Assembly: GCF_000143415.4 (NCBI RefSeq)
Contig: NW_003314277.1
Span: forward strand, 2,261,193-2,325,192
Reading direction: 5' to 3'
DNA from: Selaginella moellendorffii
Lineage: Eukaryota > Plantae > Lycopodiophyta
Length of the DNA: 64,000 bases
The notes under the pieces are model-generated. The model was not told the origin of the DNA. It did not search any database and was given only the letters and a program-made list of their open reading frames with translations. Positions 48,165-61,432 of the stretch are shown here, piece by piece. The translations under genes and the position numbers were made by a program. Position 1 is the stretch's first letter, and every line of letters starts with the position of its first letter.

Positions 48165-49323
48165 GTATTAGTGTTATAGTTTATATATCATTTTTATTTG
48201 TTAATCTATAATTTAAAGAGAGTTCTAACCTTTAAAAAATAAACTTTAGAATTCCCAAATTAAATTTAATTTGGTGCCAAAACAAAACAATCAAGCTGCT
48301 TCCAACTTTACTCCTGCAGATCTTATGAAAGTACAATCCACAATCTTACATGATGCTTTCTCATGATTTGTGACACAGACAAGCCACAAAAGAGACTATA
48401 AGAGACTATACCTGTGAAAAAAATTTCAACACCACCTTCATTATACAGTAGACACTTTCATCACATTCACCTTGAGATTTTTGTGTTGTTTCCGTGACAC
48501 TCAGTGCGTCCTCTCCTGCAATGCATGAATGAGCCTCAGGATTGTCACAATCCCGTTGGTGAAGTACTTGAACAGTGACTAGACTTTGCTGATGAGTTTC
48601 AAGCTACCACCTTTCCTAGCTTGTGCAGTGCAGGGAAGAAAGACTATATCTCGAGCGAGATCCCTCTTCTTGTTCATGGAAAGGAGAGGATTTTCATTCA
48701 AATGAAAGCACCTAGAGTTTCATGTCATCCTCTCGTCCTCAACTCACAAAAAGAACTTAGAAGTGTCAGTTAAAGAATTTTAAATTTTAAACTGTTTTCA
48801 CATGTGATTGGTTTCCTAGCCCCAGGAAAACACCAAATTCCATGGTGAGGATATAGTCTCGTGAAACTTATGCTTGTTGCTTATGCACAAGCTCAAAAAG
48901 CTCTCGAGGTCATTGCTCTCATGCCATGGACAAGATCACACAGGCTCTAACTTCATGGGGCAGGGCAGCATGAAATCCTTCCAGCCGCTAAAAGAACAAG
49001 AACATGAAGATTATACAGAAAAGGTAATAGAAGATCTATAGATGAAACAAACAAGCGTAACAAAAATAATTAAATAAGAAGTGGATTGTCTGATTTTGAT
49101 CAACGTGTTCCACAAAAACTGACAACATGAATCTACACAAGCTAAATTCTATGTGACACTGAATCCTAGTGATTGAAAGAAAAACAGTGCATTGCGGCCA
49201 AAGCATGAGATTTTCCAACAATTACTAATATTCTAAGAATATTCTCAAAACAGAAGAATGTAGAGGTTTTAAATGCTAGAAAATTTAGGGCACTCTATCT
49301 TAGGGTTCTTGACAGGGGAAGAA

Positions 49324-52224
49324 ATGCAAGCCCCAGTGCAGCCGAGGAGCGGCCGCTTGGATTTCCTCAACGCCAAGCCGCCGCCCAACTATGTGGCCGG
49401 ATTGGGGCGCGGCGCCACCGGATTCACCACTCGATCCGACATCGGCCCCGCCAGGGCAGCGCCGGATCTCCCCGACAGGTCGGCCACCGCCATTGGCGGC
49501 GCTCCAGGGCCGGGCGGCGGCGCCGGGCGCGGCAGAGGCAAGGCGCCACCTCTTGGCGGAGGAGCGGCGGCAGCGGCGGCGGAAGACGACGACGACGATG
49601 CCGACGACAAGGGCTACGATGAGAACCAGAAATTCGATGAATTCGAGGGCAACGATGTGGGGCTCTTCGCGACGGGTGAGTATGACGAGGACGACAAGGA
49701 GGCCGACCAGATATGGGAGAGCGTGGACAAGAGGATGGATTCGCGGCGCAAGGACCGGCGGGAGGCGCGGCTCAAGCTGGTGATCGAGCAGTACCGAGCT
49801 TCCAATCCCAAGATCACGGAGCAGTTCGCGGACGTGAAGAGGACGCTGCTGGATCTTCCGGCGGAGGAGTGGGAAAACATCCCCGAGGTTGGCGACTACT
49901 CTTCCAGGAACAAGAAGAGGCGGTTTGAGAGCTTTGTGCCCGCGCCGGACACGCTGCTGGAAAAGGCTCGGCAGGAGAAGGAGCACGTCACTGCGCTGGA
50001 TCCTCGCAGCCGCGCCGCCGCTGGAGTTGGCGGCGCTGCTACTGCCGGCGGCGCGGAGACACCGTGGTCGCAGACGCCGGTGACGGATCTTACCGCGGTC
50101 GGGGAGGGGCGGGGGACTGTTCTGTCGCTCAAGCTGGATCGGCTGTCCGACTCGGTGAGTGGGCTCACGGTGGTGGATCCGAAAGGATACCTCACCGATC
50201 TCAAGAGTATGAAGATCACGAGCGACGCCGAGATCTCCGATATCAAGAAGGCGAGGTTGCTGCTCAAGTCGGTGATCCAGACCAATCCAAAGCATGCTCC
50301 CGGGTGGATCGCGGCCGCGCGGCTGGAAGAGGTGGCGGGGAAGATCGCTGCTGCGAGGAGTTTCATCCAGAAGGGATGCGAGGAGTGTCCCAAGAACGAG
50401 GACGTCTGGCTCGAGGCCTGCCGGCTGGCCAGCGGCGATGCGGCCAAAAAAGTGATCGCCATGGCGGTGAAGTCCATCCCGACGTCCGTGAAGCTGTGGA
50501 TGGCGGCTGCGCGGCTCGAGGTGGAAAACGCCGCCAAGAGCCGTGTTCTTCGCAAGGGACTCGAGTTTATACCCGACTCGGTCCGGCTGTGGAAGGCGGT
50601 GGTGGAGCTGGCGAACGAGGACGAAGCGAGGATCTTACTGGCTCGCGCTACCGAGTGCTGCCGTCTCCACGTCGAGCTCTGGCTAGCGCTTGCGCGGCTG
50701 GAAACTTACGACAAGGCGAGGGTGGTGCTCAACCGAGCTCGCGAGGCGCTGCCAACGGAGCCAACAATCTGGATCGCTGCGGCGAAGCTGGAGGAGGCAC
50801 AGGGGAACGTTTCGCGCGTGGAAGGCATCATCGACCGCGCGATACGATCTCTCCAGCGGGTCGGGGTGGTGATCGACCGCGAGTTTTGGATGAAGGAGGC
50901 GGAGGCGGCGGAGAGGGCCGGGTCGGCGGCGACGTGCGTGGCGATCGTGAGGAGCACCATCGGGATCGGTGTGGAGGAGGAGGACAAGAAGCGGACGTGG
51001 GTGGCGGACGCGGACGAGTGCCGGAAGCGGGGCTCGATCGAGACGGCGAGAGCTATCTACGCTCATGCTCTGGCTGCGTTTCCCGGGAAGAAGAGCATCT
51101 GGGTGAAGGCGGCGCAGCTTGAAAAGAGCCACGGAACGAGAGAATCGCTCGACTCGCTGCTGAAGCGAGCGGTGGGGTACTGTCCACAAGCGGAGGTCCT
51201 GTGGCTCATGGGAGCCAAGGAGAAGTGGCTAGCCGGGGACGTGGAGGGCGCTCGGGAGATCCTCACTGCCGCCTACGTCGCGATTCCAAACTCGGAGGAG
51301 ATATGGCTGGCGGCGTTCAAGCTCGAGTTTGAGAACCGGGAGCCGGAGAGAGCCAAGATCCTCCTGGCCAAGGCCAGGGACCGCGGATGCTCGGAGAGGG
51401 TGTGGATGAAGTCGGCGATCGTGGAACGAGAGCTGGGAAAGGTGGCGGAGGAGAGGAAGCTGCTCGAGGACGGGCTCAAGCTCTACCCGAGCTTCCACAA
51501 GCTGTGGCTGATGCTCGGCCAGCTCGAGGAGAGAGTTGGCAACTTTGAGGCGGCGAGGAGCGTGTACGAGAGAGCGCTGGAGAAATGCCCGGCTAGTACT
51601 CCGCTGTGGCTCTCGGCTGCGCAGCTGGAAGAGAAAGTCGGGGGGATCAGCAGGGCAAGAGCGATGCTGACGACGGCGAGGCTCAAGAACAGGGAGAACC
51701 CGGAGCTGTGGCTGGCGGCGATCCGGGCGGAGACGAGGGCCGGGAACTGGAAGGAGGCGGACGCGCTCATGGCGAAGGCGCTCCAGGAGTGCCGGCAGAG
51801 CGGGCTGCTGTGGGCCGCGAATGTGGAGATGGTGCCGCGGGCGCAGAGGAAGACCAAGAGCTTCGACGCGATCAAGAACAGCGAGCAGGATCCATACGTG
51901 ATCGCGGCGGTGGGGAAGTTTTTCTGGCAGGACAGGAAGGTGGAGAAGGCGAGGAACTGGATGAACAGGGCGGTGACGTTTGCTCCGGACGTGGGGGATT
52001 TCTGGGCGCTGCTGTACAAGTTTGAGCAGCAGCACGGGAGCGAGGCGCAGCTCCAGGAGGTGGTGGAGAGGTGCAAGGCGGCGGAGCCCAAGCACGGGGA
52101 GAGGTGGATCCGGGTGTCCAAGGCGGTGGAGAATGCGCACCAGACGACGGAGTTTATATTGAAGAAGGTGGTGGCGGGGTTTGGGAAGGACGAGGGGATT
52201 GTCATGACGGCTTGCAGGCCCTAG
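49324..52224 (+). CDS. STA1: Pre-mRNA splicing factor PRP6 (STABILIZED1), intronless; ORF is open from 49273
   Basis: FLNAKPPPNYVAGLGRGATGFTTRSDIGPAR, YDEDDKEADQIW, DPKGYLTDL, DIKKARLLLKSVIQTNPKHAPGWIAAARLEE, long HAT/TPR repeats, EPKHGERW. Confidence 0.97.
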   Translation: MQAPVQPRSGRLDFLNAKPPPNYVAGLGRGATGFTTRSDIGPARAAPDLPDRSATAIGGAPGPGGGAGRGRGKAPPLGGGAAAAAAEDDDDDADDKGYDENQKFDEFEGNDVGLFATGEYDEDDKEADQIWESVDKRMDSRRKDRREARLKLVIEQYRASNPKITEQFADVKRTLLDLPAEEWENIPEVGDYSSRNKKRRFESFVPAPDTLLEKARQEKEHVTALDPRSRAAAGVGGAATAGGAETPWSQTPVTDLTAVGEGRGTVLSLKLDRLSDSVSGLTVVDPKGYLTDLKSMKITSDAEISDIKKARLLLKSVIQTNPKHAPGWIAAARLEEVAGKIAAARSFIQKGCEECPKNEDVWLEACRLASGDAAKKVIAMAVKSIPTSVKLWMAAARLEVENAAKSRVLRKGLEFIPDSVRLWKAVVELANEDEARILLARATECCRLHVELWLALARLETYDKARVVLNRAREALPTEPTIWIAAAKLEEAQGNVSRVEGIIDRAIRSLQRVGVVIDREFWMKEAEAAERAGSAATCVAIVRSTIGIGVEEEDKKRTWVADADECRKRGSIETARAIYAHALAAFPGKKSIWVKAAQLEKSHGTRESLDSLLKRAVGYCPQAEVLWLMGAKEKWLAGDVEGAREILTAAYVAIPNSEEIWLAAFKLEFENREPERAKILLAKARDRGCSERVWMKSAIVERELGKVAEERKLLEDGLKLYPSFHKLWLMLGQLEERVGNFEAARSVYERALEKCPASTPLWLSAAQLEEKVGGISRARAMLTTARLKNRENPELWLAAIRAETRAGNWKEADALMAKALQECRQSGLLWAANVEMVPRAQRKTKSFDAIKNSEQDPYVIAAVGKFFWQDRKVEKARNWMNRAVTFAPDVGDFWALLYKFEQQHGSEAQLQEVVERCKAAEPKHGERWIRVSKAVENAHQTTEFILKKVVAGFGKDEGIVMTACRP

Positions 52225-52279
52225 GTGTGTTCTTGTAAATTCTTTTTGGTTGTAATTTTATCAAGTACTTTGCCTATTT

Positions 52280-52360
52280 TGTCAGGAATGGGATTCGAAC
52301 CCATGCCCTTGCGGACTAGTACCTGAAACTAGCTCCTTAGACCAGCTCGGCCATCCTGAC
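52280..52360 (-). tRNA. trnL-CAG: tRNA-Leu (CAG)
   Basis: GTCAGGA..TCCTGAC-A acceptor stem; D arm TGGCCGAGCTGGTCTAAGG; anticodon stem CTAGT/ACTAG with loop TTCAGGT; long variable arm; T loop GGTTCGAATCC. Confidence 0.95.
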
Positions 52361-52989
52361 TTAGTAGTCATTGATTATTAAACATATTTTAGCAGTAAGA
52401 GAAATGACCCCCAACCCAACACGTTATGCAACTAGATACTCATAAAAACATCTCAAAAGAAGATAAAGCATTCTGCATAATTTATCCAGTGTAGGTTGGT
52501 TACAGGAGATTTGTTATTTCTGTTTCAATACATACAATATGTGATAAACAATTTGATTATTGCATATGGATCAAGAATTATATGTGTATTTACATTTGAT
52601 TGTAAATTTGATAATTTATTATTAAAAGTATTTGTGTTTCTGTCTTTTGGTTTTTGTTTATAATTGTTTTTGTATTTATTAATGTGGATTTTATTGTAGT
52701 TTTATATTGCTCATATGTTATTCATATTATTGTTAAATATTCATCAAACTCTAAATTTTCTAGATTTACAGTTTTATCTTCTAGTATTGTTTTTATTTTT
52801 TTGTAAATTATTACATAAGAATTTTTTTCATGTTTTGTAATGACTTTGATAGGGTCTAAGATTTTTATTTGTGGCATTGGAGGGATTGGGTGATATACCT
52901 TCCACTAATTTAGTGAATACTACTAAAGCTCATATTATTAACCATGTAGTTGTACTCATTGCTACATCATTTGTCCAGCTAATATGAGA

Positions 52990-53220
52990 ATATTCAAGAT
53001 TCACTCAAAGCACCATGTTTGAGTTTATAAGACTTGTTGGAAAGATGTGTTTTTGGTTCATTGGCAAAAGAATAGTATTCCATATGCTCATGCAATTGCA
53101 ACTATCATATTTCATAGGGAATGAGTGCAATCCTACACTCATCCTTACTACTTACACAAGGCTTATTGTGGGGTATATATAAGTGTTATATATCCCTTTA
53201 ATTTAAAGGGCTTTTGCAAG
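52990..53220 (+). mobile_element. MULE transposase SWIM-domain remnant
   Basis: WQKNSIPYAHAIATI followed by YYLHKAY..Y..VIYP, decayed. Confidence 0.45.
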
Positions 53221-53664
53221 GATAATATTATAGCATACATGGTTTTCACTTTTTACTCTATGATGTTTACCATAGAATAACCATGAAATGGAACTTTAAC
53301 CCTTGGACACATGGGCCAATGGCAGCAAGGTAGAACTTAAATTCAGAGCCTTGGGCCACTGAATGAAGAGATGGAGCTAAATTCCTAAGCATATACTAAG
53401 GAGTATAAGAAACTAGAGCACAAAACATCTCCCAATCATATAGGTTAAGGAGCAAAGGGATAGGAGTCTGGAGTGATTCCTGAGTGTATAGCTTAAGGAG
53501 CGAAGGACATGATCATGGAGTGATGTTAGAGTAGTCCTAGAGCATCTAGCATCATAATACTAAGACTAATATGCAAAACAGAGTCAAACAAAGTCTAGTG
53601 CTATTTTAGTATACCAATAACCTAATGCAAGGATATAAGTACTACAAAGATAGACACACAAATA

Positions 53665-53870
53665 GGAGCTAGACTATGCCTCAAGTTAACTTATTCATTA
53701 TCCTTAGTATACATTTGAAACCCCCCATAAATAAGCGCTAGACTATGCCTTAGGTTAGCCATGCCTAACTTATTCACTATCCTTACTATACATTTGAAAC
53801 CCCCCATAAATGGGAGCTAGACTGGTTAGCCATGTTTGACTTATTCACTATCCCTATTATACATTTGGAG
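53665..53870. repeat. Three imperfect ~60-70 bp tandem repeats within retroelement-derived sequence
   Basis: GCTAGACT...TTATTCAyTATCCTTA.TATACATTTG unit occurs three times. Confidence 0.7.
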
Positions 53871-56140
53871 AACGAGAATGAAAGATATTGGTCATGAAAA
53901 GAGGGCTTTCCATTATGAATGATGTTATCAAATTGGCATAGCTATCATGAATGTGACTACAGGTATCAAAAATTATATGTTAGTGAGTCCTTTAAGATAT
54001 TCTTCTTTTACTATTACAATAGCAAAAGATTAATATTACTAGTTCCCTTTATCAATCTTTGCCCAAGCTAGTTGAGAAACTAGTTACCACATGTCTACTA
54101 GCACTAAGGAAATAGATTTTAAATTATCATTTAATCAAGTAATTTTGACACAATGATGAGAAATTGTTAGCTTACACTTATTAGTGTTGGGGAATATTGA
54201 GCTTAATCCTTCAATATTTGCTAAATGATATCTTATCATGTCCACTAAGACTCCCTCACTATCATACCCCATGTGTTAGTTTTGTTTGATCCTATTATTA
54301 TTTATGGAAAATGTCTAAATTTGCTGATGAGGCATATTTATAGAATGTAGAGATTGTTCTAAACATAATAATGTTATCCTTGCTGTTAAGGGAAAAAAGA
54401 AAACTCTAAATTTCATTTCTCCATGGTAAGACTTTAAATGATTTTCTCCATGAGTTATGCCTTGTACTCTACTGGGTGTTCTCTAGGATCCATTGGTTAA
54501 TCACTAAGTATTGTCCACTCATGAAATCTTTGCCATACGCTTCTTTAGAGGGATTTTGTGGAATATTGTAAAATTAGAAGATAAACCTTAGACTAGAATC
54601 ACTCCATCCATACTCTAATGCCTCATATTTTATGTTTTATTGTTGATATCATAGAATATTAGTGTATTGAAGGTGGTAGATTTAAATGACCATTGTTGAA
54701 TGCATATGTTGTACAAGAAAAAAAATTTAAATGGTGGCAGAAATTTTTGTAAGGTTGGAGGGTATACTTAAATGTAGAAGGTATATAACAAATCATTTTA
54801 TAAAGGTGGTGGAAAATAAGTTTTAGATAGAGTAAAATGGATGGATAATAGGACAAATATAAGATATAAAAATAAGAGAGTAGTTGTGAAAGGATTTGGT
54901 TTAACTTCAAATATCAGGTCATAGAGAAAAGGTGGTTATAGAATAGTAAAGTGGTAAGGGTAGAGGTATAGAGGAATGGTTTTGTATATACATATCTTGT
55001 ACATATATATACCTCAACTTTGAGTATGGCATTTTTTGTTGAAAATTTTTCTTGTCACATAATCCCATCCAAACAAGCCCTTTGGTTATAAGCCATGCAA
55101 GTTGTTTACAACCCAATGGTAGTGTTGTTTTATAGTTGAACATGGAACATTTTCAGTCTATATCCATTTAATTGGGTGTCATATTGTTCTCTATCAAAAT
55201 CTGCTAGCAAGTATAATCCATTATTGTGATCTGATATGGGCCACCCTATCGCGGAAGAAACTTTTTTGTGAATGTTTTATCAATCCTGCTATCATACTTC
55301 ATAACTAAATCACTAACTTGAAAAGCCTTTACACATTTCTTATCAAATTTGTGCTTTTGTTGCTACTAAACTGCTTCCATATGTTGACAAGCTTGACATT
55401 GATTCTTATCCATCCCCTTAAGTTGAATGAGCTTTAATTGCAAGTCCTCATTATCAATGCTTCAACATTAGTTGTAAAATTAGGATCTCCAACTCAATTA
55501 GAAATATAACTTCTATCCCATAAACTAGCTAGAAAAGAGTGAAGTTGTTGTTACCTTATGTGTAGTTTTATAAATTTATAATACTGTCATCAGTCATTTG
55601 TCCCAATTTTTCTTCTTCTCAATAGTTAGTTTTCCTAGAATGTTGCACAATACATTATTTATTCCCTCCACCAACTTGTTAGCTTGTGGATAGTATGATA
55701 TTGACTGTCAATATTTTATTGATAGCTTTTTCATTAGTGTTTTAACCACCTCATTGCAAATTGGTCAGTGACAATCTCTAACAAGCAACCAAACCTTGTG
55801 CATATAATTTGGACAAGAAAATTTACCAAAAAACTTCTTTTGTGTTAGTTTTAGTTGTTACTACTTCAGCCCACTCAGTAAGGTAGTCTATTGCCACCAA
55901 AATAAATATTTTTTAACTTAATGCCATCAGAACTGATCCTATAAAATCTATCCTCCATTTCTCAAATGGTTATGTCGACAAAATTGGATGAAGACTTCAT
56001 GGTTGAAGGATTCTTCTTTCAAAAGCTTGACAAATGTGATATGACTTGCACCATTCCTTCACATCCTAGAATATTGTTGGTCAGAAAATATCCTACATTC
56101 ACAATCTTCTTGGCCATATAATTATGGAAGAATTGTCCAA

Positions 56141-58200
56141 TGTTGTTTCATCTAATTCAATAAAGTTGATCACTTGTTAGTGAAACGAATAGGAGTGTGA
56201 ACCCTAGGCCAACCTCCCAAACCTTAAGGCGTTACGGCCTTAAATCCCACAGGCCATGGAATATTCTTGGAATATTCCTGTGGTTCATGTCATTCTCCCC
56301 TCCCTCATGACCCAGCTACATACGGCAGCCTCGAGAAGCTAAACAAGCCTCACATGAAGGGAGTCCAAGGCAATACAGCCATAGAGGAAAGATGTGCAAA
56401 CGGCAACATCAACATCGCGACAAACGGCCACGAAAGAAAGAAAGCAATATGGCTTTCTCACATGACAATACGGTCATGGAAACAAGAGAATGAGAATAGA
56501 ACAAACAACTCAAATCACATAGTAATATGGCTATAGAACTCAATTCTCCCCTTCTTCAGGAATGTCATCCAAGTCATAACCAAAACTCGGAAACACTCTC
56601 TTCATGTTATCCTCAGTTTCCCATGTAGCTTCGTCCATGGAATAACCATTCCACTGAACTAACAACTCCCTAGTTGTCTTTTTGCATGTTTTCACCAATC
56701 TTTGAGCAAGAATATTGGCCAGACTAGCTTTCTCTGCATCAATCTCTGGAACCTGGATGATGGACTGATTCATGATATCACTAGAGTGCAAACACACTTT
56801 AAGCTTGCTCACATGGAATATTTGATGAATCTTCAAACTAACTAGCAAGTCCAAAGTGTATGCAAGATCCCCCACACGCTATAAAATTGTCCAAGGCCCA
56901 CAATACTGTGGAGACAACTTAGCATTGCCACTTCCTTTTAGAGATTGTTGTGCATCCGACAACTTAAGGAAAACTTTGTCACCAACTTTGTACTCTTGAT
57001 GACAACGATGCTCATTAGCCAATCTTTTGTCTCGCTCTTGAGCTTGCGTCATGTTCAATTTTGCCAACTCAAGCTTGTCTTGCATATCCTCTAGGAAATC
57101 ACAAGCATGAGGAACCCGAACTAAAGCCAAATTTAAACTCATAGGAGACCTAGGCTCATAGCCATACATCGCCATAAAGGGAGACATGCCAATAGCCAAT
57201 TGATGAGCGCTATTGTGAGCAAACTAAAGCAAAGGCAAGTACTTCTCCCATACTCTCTGTCAAGTCAAATTTCCCACAAAAGACCTTAGCATATCTTCTA
57301 ATAGCTGATTCATGCGCTCTGTCTACCCATCAGATTGTGGATGCTCACCACTACTCATGCTCAGCTTAGTCTCTAGCTTCTCAAAAACTGTTTGCCAAAA
57401 TTTGGATGTAAACTTGGGATCCCGATCACTCACAATGTCACTCGGCAAACTAAATAACCAGTCTACAAACAACTAAGCAAGTTCATAAGCTTTTATCGTC
57501 ATTTTCATAGGGAAGAAGTGAGCCATCTTCGTCAAACGATCCACAACAACCCAAATAACATCATTTTCTTGAAAGGTTTTGGGCAAACCAGTGATAAAGT
57601 CCATCGAGATGTTATCCCACTTATTCTCGAGTACATATAAAAGATGATAGAGGCTAGCAAACTTCTGATGATCAACTTTGACTGCTTGGTAGGTCAAACA
57701 ACCACGTATGTACTTCTCAACATCTGACTTCATCCCAGGCCAAAAAAAATGCCTCTTCACCAACATATATGTTCTCAATACCCCCGGATGCCTAACACTT
57801 GGCACATCATGACACTTAACCAAAATCCATTTGATGAGTTTGTCAACACGAGGAACCACTAAACATCCCTTCTTCACTAGAATTCCATCTCGTATTTTGA
57901 ATAACGCAAACTTGTCACCCTTCAAATCTGTAAAGGCGTCCCTCAACAAAACCTTCGCGCGAATATTAGTGATAAAGGAGTCGAAGTCAACAAACTCCTT
58001 AAGCTCATCCAAGAAATCATTGGATAGCTTCACAAATGAGATAGAATTTACCATCCTAGATAATGCATCAGCCATCTTATTGTCATCTCCATGCTTGTAC
58101 CGGATCTTAACAAACATTTCCTATAAGAACTCTTGCCAACGAGCAAAGTAGCCTCGAAAATCCACATTTGGAGAGACTAATGATCTAAATCTACATAGAA
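56141..58200 (-). mobile_element. Nested 5'-truncated chromovirus (gypsy): integrase + chromodomain + 3' LTR
   Basis: CHDVPSVRHPG..FFWPGMK, ISMDFITGLPKT..VVVDRLTKMAHF, KLSPQYCGPW, LLVQWNGYSMDEATWE; PPT GAAGAAGGGGAGAAT then LTR ~56542-56141. Confidence 0.85.
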
Positions 58201-61200
58201 GTCCGATCCATAATGTTGCCATTCTTGAGTAGGTCAATTCCACTGTGTGGTATCAAACTTGTAGCTCATGAATGCGAGAGAATGCCTAACTTGAAGCAAT
58301 ACAGCCCCAAAAGCACTATCACTCACATCATTGCCTATAATTTCCACCACAATCATTATATCGTTTCCACCACAATTTCTCTGGATTTAGGCAACCTTTT
58401 GACATCTAGCCTTTCAAATGCTATTTGTACTTTTTCCAGATGAGTTGCTCAATTGTTGTATATACAAAAGTCATCAAGGTACACTCTGATAAATTTGCCA
58501 AGGTAGGGGTCAAAGATTTTGTTTATCAGTCATTGAATGTTGTTGGTGCATTTGTGAGCCTAAATGGCATCACTCTATATGCAAAAGTTCCTTAAGGAGT
58601 GGTGAATGTTGTTTTCAATTGATTCTCCTCCTTGATTTGAACTTGAAAATATCTAGAGTATCATCACAAAATGTGTACCACTCATGCTTTGGTACTTCAT
58701 CAAAGATCTCATTCATGAATGGGATGGGATGATAATCACGTTGTATAACATCATTCAACTTTTTATAGTTGATACATACTCTCCATTTCCTTCCTTGCTT
58801 TAGTGCAACAAATGACACCCAATCTGAATTCTCCACTTCAAATATGAAGTTAGCTTTGATCAACTTCATTGACAATATTAAATTTTAGAGGTCCTAACCT
58901 GTATAGCTTTTGAGCCACTAGCTTTGCTCCTTGCTTGATTAGAATCTCATGTTCCACTATATCCATTTGCCGTAGCTCCTCATAAGAGTTTATGAAAAGC
59001 TTTGGGAACTTCTTCAACATCACTATATAGCTTTTATGTTCACTCCTAGAAAGCTCTACTCCTGCAAGCATCTTTTCTAACTGAGCATAAGAGCTGTGTT
59101 TGTCTATATTTTCCTGCAAAAAGTGATCTCCTTTCTCAATGCTAGAAAAAAATTCTACGTTGACAAGAATATTTTAAGAATCTTCTGGCATACTAAGGAA
59201 TATTCTGTCAAGATTTTAGTGGCAATATTTTTCTTAAATAGGTATTTTAAAAAAATTATTAATTTTAATAATATTTAGTAAACTACCAGTATCTAATCTT
59301 AGGTGCTATTTAATTGAGGTTTTACCTTATCAACTTGTATTTTAATATTTGAATAATTAGTATTTATAAATACTAATTCAATCTTGTTAAAGTCTGTACT
59401 CTAGATTATCCTCAGAATATTCTATTTAGGGCAAGGTTGCAATGGTCGACATTGAAGTGAAGGCCGAAGGAGGAATTCAGTATGCCAGAGCAGAGAGGGA
59501 TCACTTGGAGCACGTAGCGTTCATTGTGAGCAAGTAAATCTGTGAACGTATTGGCCTGACTTTTTACTTTTCAGCACAAGATCAAGAGTTGTGAATTAGG
59601 CGAAGGGAAAGCGGTAACCGTTGTTCGCATGCACGAGGCACAGTGGAGTGTGCACAGAGGTGGGCGAAGACTAGTTTTTCTACTACAGTACAGATCAAGT
59701 TTAATCTCTGGCTTGCCTCAGAAACAATCCCTTTCATGGAGGAGAATTGCTACAGACTTGGAAAGCTCTTGGAGGAATCCTTGAAGCGCTATGGCTTTTC
59801 CAAGGAAGCGATCGAGGTGGCCTTTCAAATGCAAGTCGCCGGGTTATTTCTTATTTCATTTCGTTGGCGTCATAGGCAAAGTTGCTATCCAAGATTGAGG
59901 TTTTCTGTTTCCCAGTATCGCCTGTGCTGGCCTTTCCTTACAACTACGTTGGTTGTGATCAAGGGAGATGAGGCTTTGGTCGCTGGTGGAGGTGCGTTTT
60001 GCAAGCAAGAAAGAGGTGTGTACATGCCTTCTAGCTCAACATTGTAAAGGTGGTAATCTCTTGCTTGAAACAGGAATTCGTTGTCAACCAAAAGGGCCTA
60101 AACGTCAAGGACCAGCACACGATCATCGTGGACAAAGTATAACTGTACACTTATATCACATACCCTGGCTGACTGTGGCTTGTCTAGGTGGATCTTTCGA
60201 ATAAGCAGGTTATTCTGTTAGTGCCGCAAAAATTGCACAAGTAGGAAGCTTGGACCAGGTTTTTATTTTTTCTTTCTGATCTTTTCTCTTTCATTTCAGG
60301 AATGCCCTGAAGGGCTCATTTAGCAGGCTGACCACAAGACATGTAAGTTTTTTCTTTCTTCCTTCTTCATGACGCTATTTCTCTCGCAGCCAGCAAATTT
60401 ATCGGCAATAGCCAAGGGAGTAGTGGCCATGGATAGTCTGGCAAGGGAAAGCGTGGCCATGGCAATAAGCAAGTTGTCCTAGTACTTTGTTTCATTTGTG
60501 GTGGCCAAAACTCTAGGCTACGAGACCCTGGAAGTTTATTAAGGGGACCATGAGAGAGTGAGGTAGGTTAGGTCCCATGCTCAATCTTTGTGTGTTTAGT
60601 TCATATACCAATGTTTAGGTTAATTTCAATGTTGCTTCAGCTCTAAATCAACTTCCCATGATCGGTTCGACACTTTTTGAACATCATGGATATGCACCTC
60701 CCACATTCCCTTGGTGGCTGGCCACTAGGACTTCCCTCTTCCAATGGAAGTTCTGCTAATGTTTTGGCTCCACACCAGCCATTCTTTCAGACCTCATCAG
60801 AAGCTCCGCTCTTCACCAAGTCCTTGGCAGCCTGCAATCTCACTGATGGGAGGCTCCAAATGGTCACCAAACTTGGGTTGGCCCCAGGACCAATTTTTCA
60901 AGGAAGCTCAATCAATCCAGTGGCAAGGGAAGGATAGACTCACGATTGAAGAGTATCGAGGGGAAAACGATCAGCAAAAGCTACAAGAATGGCTATGAAA
61001 ACTTAGATCATTGGTTTGTGTATAGAGGCCACCGAATACTCACAAGGTGGCATTTTCAGTGCTAGACCTTAAAGGCCTGGCTTCAGAATAGTTTAGCTTG
61101 GAACAGAGGGGCAAGCTTCCAGGATGGGAGGAATTCAACATAGCAGTTCATCACCATGTCTGTTGGAGAGCTGCCATTGAACAAGTTGAAGGGCCAAATG

Positions 61201-61292
61201 CTGTAGGAATTCAATGAACAATGGCTGAAGGTAAGGTATGAAGTCACTGGAATTCCAAAGGGGGCTCTCCTTCAGCACTATCTGGCATTGCA

Positions 61293-61432
61293 NNNNNNNN
61301 NNNNNNNNNNNNNNNNNNNNNNNNNNNNNNNNNNNNNNNNNNNNNNNNNNNNNNNNNNNNNNNNNNNNNNNNNNNNNNNNNNNNNNNNNNNNNNNNNNNN
61401 NNNNNNNNNNNNNNNNNNNNNNNNNNNNNNNN
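61293..61432. other. Assembly gap (140 N)
   Basis: Run of N. Confidence 1.

Larger units (their letters stand above)
53300..59280 (-). mobile_element. Degenerate Ty3/gypsy element (outer), interrupted by a nested chromovirus
   Basis: RT WRVCINYKKLND..HPIPFMNEIFD (58615-58875) and YLDD-like motif at ~58475; integrase PFEKWRIDFIG..VAIDYLTEWAE (~55860-55970); flanks resemble 62200-62720; boundaries approximate. Confidence 0.7.

Noticed and set aside
49300-52205. Many long alternative-frame and antisense ORFs over PRP6 (also over the PPR, FRL and C2H2 genes)
   Set aside because: Expected from high GC3 codon bias; no recognisable protein features.
53665-53870. CRISPR-like repeat array
   Set aside because: Eukaryotic context, degenerate tandem units without unique spacers, no cas genes.
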